DNA of 64,000 nucleotides from Octopus vulgaris (lineage: Eukaryota), in NCBI GenBank assembly GCA_951406725.2, contig OX597828.1:31372001-31436000 (forward strand), in the 5' to 3' direction. Below the pieces are notes generated by a model. That model searched no databases. It saw only the letters and a list, made by a program, of their open reading frames with translations, and was not told the origin of the DNA. Shown here in pieces: positions 1-13,505 of the stretch. Made by a program: the position numbers and the translations under genes. Position 1 is the first letter of the stretch, and each line of letters begins with the position of its first letter.

Positions 1-355
1 GCATGCATTTCCTTAAAATTGCTGTGGTTGAAATCTGACATCCAGAGCTTAACAGGATTATAACAAAGAACAATTGTAACTTATTAAAGGAATAACAGAG
101 TTTTATATTTCACTATGCATACACCGACTTTTTTTTTATTAAATTATAATCATATAGCATTCTAGATGCATATCTTTCGGATGAAAATGAGGGTGTTTAC
201 AATACTTCTAAATGATAGTGAAAATAAATCGACTCCATTCATGTGGCATCCAGTTTAGAAATTTATCACAGCTGCACGCTAACGTCATTTATTATCGTAT
301 CTCACTACATCAGTATTCACCAATGATATTTCCCACATTACTTTATTTCATCCAG

Positions 356-643
356 GATGCGAAACGTGAAGATGAGAAATTCACTGAGAGTGAAATAGAG
401 AGTTACTATTTGAAAATAATGATCAAAGAGGATTGCAAAATATCGCGGGCTTTCGCACTGAAATGGAAGACATATCTCTTGATATTGATGACAAATAATT
501 CCGATGCTTCCAGAGCAACCATGAATCGAGCAATCTATAATCATCTTAATGCATTTCTCCGCAAAAAATTATCCCTTGCATCATCTTTTCCAACTTTTAA
601 GCATAAAAGCACAGCCGGACATATACACAAGACAACCATGCAG
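356..643 (+). CDS. Candidate internal exon (288 nt, phase 0-0), unknown protein
   Basis: Pyrimidine-rich acceptor tttcccacattactttatttcatccAG at 354-355; donor CAG|GTAAAC at 643/644; 96 open codons (DAKREDEKFTESEIESYYLK...HKTTMQ). No domain recognised. Confidence 0.3.
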
Positions 644-757
644 GTAAACACACGCACACACACAAGCACACATACAAACACACACATACACACACAAATG
701 CATGCACACGCACACACCTATACAAACACCCATACACGCATGCATACATACACAGGT

Positions 758-789
<32 letters not shown>

Positions 790-1345
790 CCCGCTTAACA
801 ATCTAACATAAACTACGCAAAGTAGTATATACCAAATCACTAACAAAATGTGATTAACTTCATTGTACGCCATTTAATTCCGAGCGACACAGAATTTCGA
901 TATGGGTAGACGTACATAATCCACCACACATACGCGCAAGCGTCATGTTGTTGCCAATAGGCTGTGATACGGAGTATTATGGATTATTCTCTGGAAGCGC
1001 CTGTTGTTAAAACACCTGAAAGACATGAGCAGGGGAGACAACTCAGCCCAAATTCCATTCAGTGGTGAGGGACATTTCATCCAATATACTCAGAATAAAC
1101 TGACGAGCTACTAATAGATTTCGGGGCTGGAGACACGCGTTTAGGCCTTTGTCTTTAAGACGTGTTGTGTCTCCATCCAACTTCAGTTTCTCAACAACTT
1201 TTTACAAAGATTCAAGAGCCAAAAAACCTAAATAAACTCGTGCCTTTGATGCAAGGAATTATTTGTAGCTCATATATTTATACTTTTTTACATTAAAACA
1301 TGTATCTCTCACTGACTGGAGTGCTTGTTGACCGTGTCCTAACAG

Positions 1346-1348
<3 letters not shown>

Positions 1349-1417
<69 letters not shown>
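1349..1417. repeat. Compound (TA)n(GA)n microsatellite
   Basis: Directly visible dinucleotide runs. Confidence 0.95.
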
Positions 1418-1421
<4 letters not shown>

Positions 1422-2086
1422 ATCTCCCTATTTCTCTCTCTCCCTGTCTTTTTATGGCACCAATAATGGATCTTAATTTCCAATGTGAAAATTTTCTTGT
1501 CATCCGCATGTTAGCATTTCTAGTTTCTACTTTGAACATCAACGATTCTGGTACCAAATACTTCATGTCTTACATTTTCACTGCTTCTTGTCGATTCATT
1601 CCACGTGCACAAGGCCTCTATAAGTTCTTCACTCTCCAGAGAAGACTTAATATCTTACGTTAAGAATGGAAGATTGGATAAAAGAGACACTTGGGGAGCA
1701 AAGGTCAAACAGAGGGAGATAGAGGGGGTAAGAGGAGGACAGGAAGGAGAGTGATGGGAGAGCGAAATGGTAGTTTGTTGTGAGTCAGGAGAGAAGAGGC
1801 GAGGAGGGAGAAAGGAGAAATACGGAAGACAAAGCTGCGAAATTAAATGTACTGTGAAGGAGGAGTTTGAGGTAAAGAGGTGTGTGGAGAGAGAGCGAGA
1901 GAGAGAGAGAGAGAGAAAGGGAGAGAGAGAGAGAAGCACGCTTTGGGAAATCTACAAATATTTAGAATTATAATTGATCGCAATAAGCCCCTGAGCGAAA
2001 TGAATTATTGTTGAACAATATCCTTCATAGTCAGTACTATAATTTATATGACTACCAAGATATATTATACAGTTCTTTCATTTTTG

Positions 2087-2133
<47 letters not shown>

Positions 2134-3329
2134 TTGACGCGTATGTTTAGCATATTAGGTGTTCATTCCACTTAATTTTGTATGTAACAGATTTTTTATC
2201 TTCGGAATTTTTAAATATGCTAAGCCATTGGTTTTAATTGATTGATATCAATTTCTACCCTTATAATCTAATTTCATAAAAATGTATATATAGACATTCG
2301 CTCTTTGTAACGCAATATACCATTCCTGTTTTAGATTTGCAATGGTAACAAAACGTATAAAGATATAGTAGAAAAAATATGCAACTTGGTATTGCATTTC
2401 CTGCATTCTAGGTAAATACATACGAAAAATACATATATGCGAGTGTGAGAGAAAAGTACTGTTTGTACGTATATATTGAATTGTCGTATTTGTCTGCATA
2501 TATTTCTTCCATGCAAAAGTATGTTCATAGTACATATACGCTTGGACGAGTTGTACAGTTGTTAGAATCTTTGACATATGGACATTTAAATCAGCTTAAG
2601 TTTACTGATGTAAAGAATTTATTGACCTTGTTATTCTTTCAGTGTAATATAATGCAAATAAATCAGAGTGTGACACTAAAGATATGTTTGAAATTTAAGA
2701 ATCATTACGTAGAAGTGAGATTAATATACTTTATAGAATTTCGTCGTTTTGTAAGAGGCGATAAGTAGATAGAAAATCTTTTGTATGTCTTGATGGCTAC
2801 GAAAGTAGGAAGTTATGTTATACTTACACATCAACGGAATGTTATTCCGAGGCATTTTAAGAATGGGATCGTATATCAGGAAAGATATTGTATACAAAGA
2901 ATCTATATTTTAGAGTATTTTTTGCAAGACTGGAATAGATGTATACTGTTGTAACAGCATACGCTTCTAATCTACCCATTAATGATGGGTTTCAGTGTTC
3001 CATTGAAAATTTGCCAAGATTAAATTGGATAATAGTCTTGGGCATATAAATATCTATAATGGAACTAAAATGCTTATGAATGACTGTCAACTAAGGAAGA
3101 AATTATGAATCCATTCTTGAGGACATCTAAGAAAACAATACATTGGAAACGTTACATACTTCCAATAATATTCAACATTAACGTATTTTTAAATTAATTC
3201 ACTTTCCATCACCAACGTCTTCTATTTTCTTTTATACAATTTAGCACTGTCTTCGGTGCTAAGAACGTATATAAACACACGCCCGAGCACACAAACACAA
3301 ACACACACAGACACACACACACACACACA

Positions 3330-3440
3330 GGTGCGGGGGTGGCTGAGTGGTAACAAGCTTGCTTGCAAACAAAATGGTTCCGGGTTCCGTTCCACTGCGT
3401 GTCACCTTGGGCGAATGCCTTCTATTATAAACTCGGGTCA
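3330..3440 (+). mobile_element. tRNA-derived SINE family A, 5' fragment
   Basis: Matches the head of the full copy at 44450 (gtggctgagtggtaa...ggttcc...ccactgcgtgtcaccttgggc). Confidence 0.8.
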
Positions 3441-4141
3441 CACAAAGCTGTCTTGTCTCTACTCATCTAAAGTATTTGAGAATGAAAGGAAAAATACTTG
3501 AAATATTTCCTATCAACATTTGATAATTCCCAATGATTGGAGGGTCCTGCAACTGTATGTATATCAATATGAATTTGACCGTCACCGATTCCATTCAGAC
3601 ACTTTCCAACGCAGGAGAAAAATGTGTGGCACATATTTTTCCAGGTTAAATTCATTTCTGGAGTGAAATATTATAAGACATCAACGCATAAAATGTTTTA
3701 CCCATCATATTTAATATCACATTTATATGAGGAAGGATGCATTTAATTACATATTAAATTCTAAAATAACGAAAACTTCACAGTTTATTTCAATCGACTA
3801 AAACATTTGCTAGTGTAATTATCCATGAAAAGTCAGGCATATATAATCAACTACTCCATTTGCTCACTGCAAGTAGCAGCGTTTCTCGAGTGTAAAATAT
3901 TTTAAGAACAGTGTATTATTAATTCAGACGTAATTGTTCACTTTCGAAAATAGAAAAAAATTCTATTTTAAGGACTCCGTAGCTAGTATCTCACTATATA
4001 AATTCTTAATAACTATAACCAAGTCAATGGTGTTTAATTTCGATGATTAAGTGAGCATTAACTGATTCGACTTCGAATTCATATAACATAAAATGAAATT
4101 CATCACAAAATGTATAAAAACATGTATGTGTGAGTGAGTGG

Positions 4142-4220
<79 letters not shown>

Positions 4221-4446
4221 GCAAAAATGCATATGTATGTAAATGTGAGTAAATATACATATGTAAATATGTATGTGAGATTGTAGGTATCTCTATATCT
4301 GTGCATATGCATATATAAATGTACGTGCATTATTATTGCAGCTTTTCTTCAACAAATTTTGTTCAACAAAAACAATAGCAACATGTAACAGAACATCTTT
4401 AAATGATTATTCCGGAGCATATTCACCATCTACTTCAATTACATAC

Positions 4447-4510
<64 letters not shown>

Positions 4511-4529
4511 TGTATGTATATGTGTATAT

Positions 4530-5830
4530 ATGTACATATAATCAGGAAAACTAAGAGGATTCTTGTTCAGCGTTGCGTCGACAAGACTTGCAATAATATA
4601 GAAAGAAGCGAAATGGGAACAGAGAACTTGCCGTAAGGAGTAGAACATGAAACGCTTCGGATGTGTTCCTTTGTCAGCGGGTAGAGAAAAGGGGAAATCG
4701 AAGAAAAAGAAACATAGTTTTACATATTCTCAGCTTGGAAAACTGGCTACAACTGATAATGGACGCAGAATAAAACGGGTTGCCAACGTAAAACAGAAGT
4801 TGTAGAGGATGACTTGCAGAAAGGAGGAGGAAAAGGGTGATGGAACGAGTAGAAGTAAGTAAATAGGGGGGGTTGCAGAAAGAAGGTGGAGTGAGGATTA
4901 AAAAGGGTAAAAAAGAATTAAGAGGAGGTGAAAGGATGAAAGGAAAAACATTCATTCATACCTGTCGGGGACATAGTTTCAAGAACAAATATAAGACGTT
5001 GCTCATTTCGTTTCCTAACGAATTGGGGTCCGTGATGCAAAATCCTACCACACACTGATAAATCTGCAATAGAATGATTCCCAGTGTCGAAGTGGGTGGC
5101 GACAGTTTGGTCTGGCATACGAAGCATTATGCTTCTGATAATGGGCGCAGAATAATGCGGGCAGCAAACGTGAAACGGAGGTTATAGAAGAGGGCATGCA
5201 GAAATGAGGAGGAAAAGGGTGATGGAGGAAGTAGAGGCATTGGCGCTAGAGGCTTTAAGAGACAACTCAACAACTTTATTTCTTTCGTTAACACCTTTCA
5301 CCCAGCCTTGGAATTCACCAACACAATATCTGATTCTTCTGTTTGCTTTCAGGGCATCTCCGTCAAAATACACAATACCCATCTCTCCGCCTCTATCTAC
5401 AATAAACCTATAGATACCCACTCCTTCCTCCACACCTCTTTCTATCACCCCAATAACCTTTTCTCTACTTCTTCGCCTTGGACGACTTTACTGCATCGAT
5501 TCGGATTTCGATTTCCCATTGCAAAACGATGCGAAAGCGATCCCCAAATCGTCGCCCTGTTTCTCCAATGTAAAGAGCACCAGAGGGTTGGCATATAATG
5601 CAATATTTGAGATTCGCCGAAGTACAACAGAAGTGGTGTGTTATGTGATATTGCTTCTTGTGCGCCGTGTTATTCTGCGTCCATTATCAATTGCAACCAG
5701 TATTTCAAGCTGAGAGGGTATAAATCTCTGTCTTTAATCAATTTCTCTTTTTTCTCTACCCCCTGGGTAGAGAAACGTTGGATATTCTACTCATCAAGGC
5801 ATGTTCAATGTACCTTATTTACTTCTTTGT
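4530..5830. mobile_element. Penelope-like element remnant with tandem and inverted pLTR segments
   Basis: Minus 4918-5127 encodes a GIY-YIG C-terminus (VATHF..NHSIADLSVCG...RKRNEQRLIFVLETMSPTGMNECFSF). Plus ~5285-5455 encodes a PLE RT C-terminus (TFHPALEFTNTIS..SV.F..ISV...IYNKPIDTHSFLH...YHP). 4755-4855 is repeated directly at 5136-5235; ~4680-4775 is inverted at ~5668-5765. Confidence 0.85.
4648..4681 (-). ncRNA. Decayed minimal hammerhead ribozyme in the Penelope pLTR
   Basis: Minus strand CTGACAA-A-GGA ACACA TCC-GAAG-CGTT; the inverted copy near 5770 retains GAAACGTT. Implied consensus CTGACGA...GAAACGT is typical of PLE hammerheads. Confidence 0.55.
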
Positions 5831-6039
5831 AAATGGGTGTATGTATATATATATATATATGGAAGTTGGAGCATGAAATCGATGTACGAGTACTAGGATG
5901 AATACATTACAGTAATGGGAAATCTAGAGTTTTGCGCATGCAGCATTTGTGAGTAATACAAGGCTAATAGCCGTTAGGCCGGACAATTTATATTCGTGTA
6001 CATTCATATGTATGTGTGTGTGCGTGTGTATATATACAT

Positions 6040-6127
<88 letters not shown>

Positions 6128-7331
6128 GGTGCGGGGCAGCTTTAGGTTATTTCTGGTTTTGTTCACTACTACATAGGTACATGAAACCATTAAAGAATAT
6201 TTCGTCCGTGTTACTATTTCTCTGTCACATATGAAAGACGGCTACAATTCGTTTACTGTAATTTCATGTATACATATACCTGGTTATATTTCAGAACTTA
6301 AACAAATATATAAACTTAAGTGTTTATATAGATATATATGCGAATATATTAATATGTGCATCGTATGTATAATGACATGCTTATATATCCAAGCATTTAA
6401 GAATATTATACTCTATATACAGATGATCAAATTTGTTTCACAATATACAAGATGAATGTCACTGAAAATTTTAACGTGTTTTTCGGTTCGTCAATCTGTG
6501 AAGCCTGATGATTTCGGGATATATCCAGAGTCTAGTTCTCTACATTGCTATATATATTATAGAAATTTCTGTCGACATTCCAGATGACGATGAGGTGAAT
6601 CTAATCTGAGATTTAAGGAATTATGATTTTTGTGGTATTGTAAAGTGAATTCATTCGCATAACCACAGTAAATGAATGCGTGTATTTATACATAAATACG
6701 TAGATTCTCGTACATAAGTTTACAAATTTGATACAACCATTGTTGATCTTCATTAGAAAAAGTATTTGATTAAACGCCATTTGCGTACTGAACGGAAATT
6801 CTTGAAAAGAAATGAAAGGAATAAAATAGAAATTGATCCTGAAATAAAGAATGTCATAAATTAATGAATATACATTGCAAAACAAAATCTATCTATATTA
6901 TATTTAGCTTATAATTCTGTACAAACCTGTAATTTAGTACTAAACAATTATTGTTATAGATTGTGTAATTACTTTTGTGTTTTGTAGTAATGCGGTGAAA
7001 TGCACTCAGAGTTAAAAAATCGTTAAGATAGTAGAGGAAATACTAAATAACATTCTGAAATTTGTAATTTTAAATTTAAATTATAATAAGGTTTCACCAA
7101 CCATAATAGAATCATAATGGAATCATCATAATCATAATAGTCAATGGAATATGGAATCAATGGAATCATAAAAATGTCAATGGAATCATCATATGTCTTA
7201 TATAACATACTTAAATCTTTAAGAGATGGTAAATTAAGTATCAAAAGAATAACGATGTTTTCTGCGTACGTTATTTATCAATCTAGTGCTGACATGATAT
7301 AACTATGATGGTGATAATATTATATATACTG

Positions 7332-7838
7332 AAGACGGTGAGCTGGCCGGGCGAAATGCTTAACAGTATTTCTTCTGCCGTTACATTCTGAATTCAAATT
7401 CCACCGAGGTTGCTTTTGCCTTTCATCCTTTCAGGGTCGATAACTTAAGTACCACTTACGCACTGGGGTCGATATAATCGACTTAATCCGTTTGTCTGTC
7501 CTTGTTTGTCCTCTCTGTGTTTAGCCACTTCTGGATAGTAAAGAAATAGGTATTTCGTCTGCTGTTACGTTCTGATTTCAAATTAGGTCGACATTGCCGG
7601 GCGACATGGCCGGGCGAAATGCTTAACGGTATTTCTTCTGCCGTTACATTCTGAGTTCAAATTCCACCGAGGTCGACATTGCCTTTCATCCTTTCGGGGT
7701 CGATAAATTAAGTACCAGTTATGCACTGGGGACGATAAAATCGACTTAATCCGTATGTCTGTCCTTGTGTGTTTCCTCTGTGTTTAACCCCTTGTGGGTA
7801 ATAAAAAGTAGGTATTTCGCCTGCCATTACGTTCTGAA
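7332..7838 (+). mobile_element. SINE family B, head-to-tail multimer (two long and two partial units)
   Basis: Repeated gccgggcgaaatgcttaa..gtatttc..ctgccgttacattctga.ttcaaattccaccgagg...gcctttcatcctttc.gggtcgataa.ttaagtacca. Confidence 0.9.
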
Positions 7839-10800
7839 TATCAACCCTCCCTCTAAAATTTCCTCTCTGACCTCTAAAGCATTATTGAGGCCGAACTTGT
7901 ATACAAGGAATCTTACAAAGTCAACCTGAAACACCAGTGTAGAAAGTTAATGCTACGTTTGAAAGAATTTAAACATAACGATTTACAAACCAAAACAATA
8001 AAATCTTACAATAATAACTTCCGGTCAACCTGCAACTGAAGCCATATATTCCACTTTTCCTACTTATACGTATTCTTAGACATCTGCATTCCAGACCAAT
8101 TACTCAAAGCCTAATTATCATTTCGGAAACCTCAAAATATCCCATAATATCGAGGTACTAAAATAATCCAAGTAGGAGACAGGTTGAAAAGGATTAGCAA
8201 ATCGAACATTCATAGTCACTGTAACCATTCTTTTCGTAAAGTTTTAATAACGATATATTCTACTAAAATGTTTTGATTAATCCTTCAGACTTATACTGTT
8301 TCTATGATATGAAATAAAGCAAATAGTAATATATGTATGTGTGCGCGCACGCATGCGTGTGTTTGCATGTGTGCTTATATGTGTGTATGTATAAATATTA
8401 ATTACTAGATTGATTGAACATGCTTCTATCTAAACCACAACAATTGTTTCTGTACATTGATATTTTTGTCTTGAGGAATACTATTAGATCTGCTACATGT
8501 AATGAATTGGCATGTATTGTATCATCACCACTAGAACCTGCATGGTTTCATGTAAAAGTGACTTGCATTAACATTGCATTAGAGAAACTCGCAGAAGTTT
8601 TATAGTTATTATATCCATTTCCACGGAAACTATATAATCAAAGATACTGATAAATGGTAACTGTTCTAATGTGAAGAATACTTACAATTACATTACAATT
8701 TACTGTTGCAGCATTAGTGATAAAGAATAATGGATATTTATTCCTGCATTATAGAAATTGGAATGTATGTAGTTCCCTTAGTGCAAATCAATGCATTAAA
8801 ACTTTTAAATTCGTACTCTCTCATTAACATTGAGTAGGATATTAACTATTTCGTCCGTCACGCAAAATATTGGAATTCGTGAGTGGTGTTAATACGCATG
8901 CATTAAAAAGAAATTGCATGTGACTCACTCTACAGAGCAAATATATTTCAAATAACCCTATATTACTTATTATTCGGAATAATAGAAGTAGCATCTTTAA
9001 AAACTATATATGTTTTTCCTTTCACTAGCGATTACTGCAATAAACTATATAAACGCTGTCGTCATAAACGGTTACAACTGCCTTTCATTGTTTGATACAA
9101 GCATTTTACTCATCGCACAGTATATTCGATAACGAAAAATTAAGCCTGAAATCAATATGCTATTTTCTTTACTTCAAAATATTTATTATAATTCATATAT
9201 CTATCTATGTATATATATATATAACACAAAGGCGCAAACACGACAATTGTTAAATATTTTTTTCCAAAATTAAACGTTTATTCTTTAAATCCTCAGCGCA
9301 CCTTAGTAACAAATGCATGTATTCGATTCTCCCAGATACTCATGCGAAATGTGATAAAGAGAAACTACATAGACCAGCCAATGGGAGAGACAAATGTTAT
9401 TTTGAAATGCTGTATCTAGTCCGTCAGTTTCTTTAGTGTAATCTGGTCCGGTACTAAGGTTTATTGTGTGGCAAATATTCAGGTGGTATTTCAGAATTGG
9501 ATATAATCTGCTCAACAGATTATGAAAAGCAAATGCAGCTTTATAATGATACAAATCTAGCATTTAACAGTAAATTTCGCAAAGCTAAACATTACTATTT
9601 TCGAAATGGAAGGCGTGTGAATCTTCAAGGTATCCGAATTCACACAGAAAAAGACTATATTTGTAAGGTCAAAAAAAGTTACACATAAATTCATTCATGC
9701 AAGGAAATGCGAAGTTATGCTTGTATGGAAAGTAAGAGTAGTTGTCTTTATGGATCAGTATTTCAAAATTGCTTAGATACATTGCAATACTCACAAATAT
9801 TGCCATTTTAGGAGTTGAACAAATAAAAGCGAATTAAAAATAATTCTATTGGAAACTAAAGAGAATATTTATCAATGCATAGTATTAGTTTACTTATTCT
9901 AACAAATGCAAGTGACAATATTAAACTACTTCGTCGTAGTAGCCTGTGTAGGTGATCAAAATTATCACTGTATTTGCTGAAGTAGTGACTGGATGACCTA
10001 TGAGGAATATGTGTGCATCAATGGACGTTTATAAAACTTAGAAAATAATTTTTTTCTAGGAAACAATAGCCATAACGCTTTGTGGTTTCACTTCACCATA
10101 CTCTCAGTTTTGGTAACAATTGTATAAGGATTTCAGAGAAACTGTCTCTGATAACACTCTCATAGTCAATGTTACAATTATAGAAAGCAAATTCTATGCC
10201 ATTTGGTGATGAGGCAGTAACGCTTTGAACAAATAATGCGCATATATTAGCCATAGATATAGTATATCGTATATCACTGTCTGCATTCAAATATCTGGTG
10301 GGGCAAGGCTGATTTGTAAAGATAAAATATAATCATAAATTATTATGAACGTCATTCATCGAATTTTCTATATTTGCTTTTGTGTATGTACTTCTAAAAC
10401 GATCAGTTTAATATCTAGCTCTGATAATTACCATATCCTGCACTTTTCGTCATAAACCTGATAAGGTCAGATATATTTCTCAACTTCGAATCCATAGCAC
10501 AGGCAAGGCGATTCCATATTCCATTGACTATTACTGTACGTTTATATATTGATGCAAAAATATTGATAATTATTTAGTTACCTGCAAGCTAAAGAAATAA
10601 CTTGATAATATCATATCTGTATCCTCCTACATGGACAGTCACAAATTTATAAAGTAATTAACAGATGATGTAATATTATATGATGTAAAATTCGGTTGCC
10701 GATTTCATACGTTTCTTTATAAGTAATGCGTAATCCTAAGGAATGGAAAATATATCCCATCAATATATGTAATTTGTGTGGAGGAAAACAGTAATTTTAG

Positions 10801-11016
10801 GATATATCTGAAACCGTTTGGTTGTTTGCGAAAAATTAGTTTGTTTTATAGATTCAATAAAATATTATGTAAACTTGTTAACCCAGAATTGAGAAACAGT
10901 TAAATAAAAATAGATTGATAATAATCACGTTTTATGGAAATCGACCTGATGAATTGCAATGTCAAAATCGGTGGAACTTGAACACATATGTGCACACCCT
11001 CTCTCCCTCAAACACA

Positions 11017-11050
<34 letters not shown>

Positions 11051-12814
11051 TTCTTATTAGCGCGCAAACAAGTATGCAGATACACACGCACGCAGACTTA
11101 CACGTGCACGCAGATACGCGCACACACACACACACACACATTCAGAATGTATTATTTTGTTAAGAGAAACTATTTTTTATTAGTGTAGATGCGGACGCAA
11201 AAACACAATCATTATTTATTTGCAAACATCTTCTTAACAAATACCTTTCTCTGCAAGAATAGTTACTTGAGAAAATTCGAAAATTTATTCTAGACATTGA
11301 AGAGAAATAATCGCTAACAGTTATTTTTCCTCACCTCGATTTTCTCTTTGTTCAAACTCTCTTGACAGTACTTTTTTTTTTACATTATAATTACTGGAAT
11401 AATTTTTTAAAAATTTCGTTTGAAATGCAAATTCATTTATACAAATATTCACTCTTTGTACGAGTGACTATTTCTTCCTTATCTTACTCTCTGTAAGGTA
11501 TCATTAGAAGTAGGAAAATTACGTTTCATGTTGCATAAATTGATACATGAAATTCCTCCTTTGAGTCTTTAAACCGTTATTTCTTTCGTGGAATTTAACA
11601 ATTCCTGTCGCTACTAATAGATGCAGGAAAGTGATATTACAGTAGACATTTTATGAGAAATATAGTAACGGGAATAATCCAATAACATAACTTGAAACAC
11701 ACAAAATCAAATACACATACACACACAGATACATACATAGACACAGACATACATACACGAACGCCCACATAGACATACATGTAAATAAATAGATATACGG
11801 TCACTTATGTATATGCATATACATAAACAAACACGCGCATATATATATATATGTATCTATATAAATATATATGTCTTTATATCTATATTACTATCTCTGT
11901 GAATTTATATATTTATATGTGTATATATATATATACACACATGTGATAACATTTTTGTTACGTTTTTGGTCCCCTCAAGAAAACAGATAGAAATTGCTTT
12001 CTATGTTTATGTCAAAAAAAGTTTTTTATCTCATTATACCTTTTATTATTTCATATATTTTTATATTTTCACACGTAATAATTTTTTCTGTACTCTTCCA
12101 TCCTGCATTTTTTCCTGTGCCTATATAGACGTGTATATAGATTCATTTGTGCACGTGTGTGAATATTTATGAGTGGACAGTTTTAGATGTGTGCATAGGT
12201 GCGGGCATAAGAATGCATATATACATAGACGTTTTTACTTAGTATTTTTACAAGTTTTTTATGTTTTTTGGGGGCATATATATATTCCTTTTTTGTGTAT
12301 GTGTGTGAGTGTATGCGTATATAAACATGTGCGGGTATGTACATATATGGGCGTGTGTGTGTATGAGTGCATAAGGGCATGTCCGTATATGAATGTGGTT
12401 TTTACGCTTTGTATACTTCCTTATGTATTTTCTGTATTGTTGTCTTTTTCTGTATTGTTACCTTTAACCATGTTTTTTATTGTGCTTGTGCGTATATAGA
12501 CGTATGTATGAACTTTTACGGTACGTGTGTGTGTGTGTATGAGTTTGTATATATATGCGTATACATTTGGAGAAAATTGCGAATGAAGAATTGTACGTTT
12601 TCATAGTGACGTATAAGTACGCACATGGGTCCGCGAGCGCACATGTGAGCGTATGAGTAGCCATGTTTATGTGTTTACTATGAACTTTTAATCTTAATTC
12701 ATATAAGTAGCGGAATTTCGCTTTATATAACGGTATTTTATCATAGCGTTTTTCAGATGGCCAGATAACTGAAATTCAGAGTTTTATCTTGACTATTGAA
12801 TAACTGTAACATAT

Positions 12815-12861
<47 letters not shown>

Positions 12862-12864
<3 letters not shown>

Positions 12865-13220
12865 GAGGTCTGATCAGCACTGTAGCCATAATAACGAAGA
12901 GTAAAGTCGCTTGGTACATGTTGCCCTGAATCTCTGCTCTGCATGCGCACTAATGTTTAGCGTCCTAGCTCACTTCCGCTGCAAAACTCGATGTAGATAA
13001 TCTGCTCAGTATTCCCTGTCAAGGTCAATGCGACGGTCACACGCTACGCACCTCCATTTCAAGCACAGGTGTAAGCAGCGGAAATGAGTTAGAACGTTAA
13101 AATGTGTACGCCTAGAGAGCATTGTTCAAGGTCAATCTATCCTAAGCAGCGTAACTCTGCATGCTCCAGATTCGTTACTATGGCAACAGCCTGGACACTT
13201 AATGATAGGAACACGTCTAT
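12862..13220. mobile_element. Mariner-derived MITE made of two inverted 5' ends
   Basis: Starts TACGAGG after (TA)n; 12862-12985 is reverse-complementary to ~13075-13220 (e.g. ctagctcacttccgctg vs cagcggaaatgagttag; ccata.taacgaa vs ttcgttactatgg). Confidence 0.7.
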
Positions 13221-13474
13221 GTATATTAGCATCATTTCTGAGCCTAGGGATTCATAAGCGTTGACTTATAAGTTGAACTGGCGGAATTGTTTGAATGTTG
13301 AGCAAACCGTTGTTGCATTTTTTCGTCTTTATACCGTGAATTAATATTTCGCCAGGATGACCTTTCCCTTCATACTTTCGGGATCGATGAAGTAAGTACC
13401 AATGATGTGATTGCCAAGTCGCCAAAAATGATAGTAGAAAGGATGTGTGTGTATATATATAAATATAAATGTAA

Positions 13475-13505
<31 letters not shown>

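Noticed and set aside
9303-10290. Faint HECT-domain-like motifs on minus (IDYESVIRDSFSE; CHTINLS...LDTAFQN)
   Set aside because: The intervening translation has many stops and no convincing conserved blocks; a profile HMM hit would be needed.
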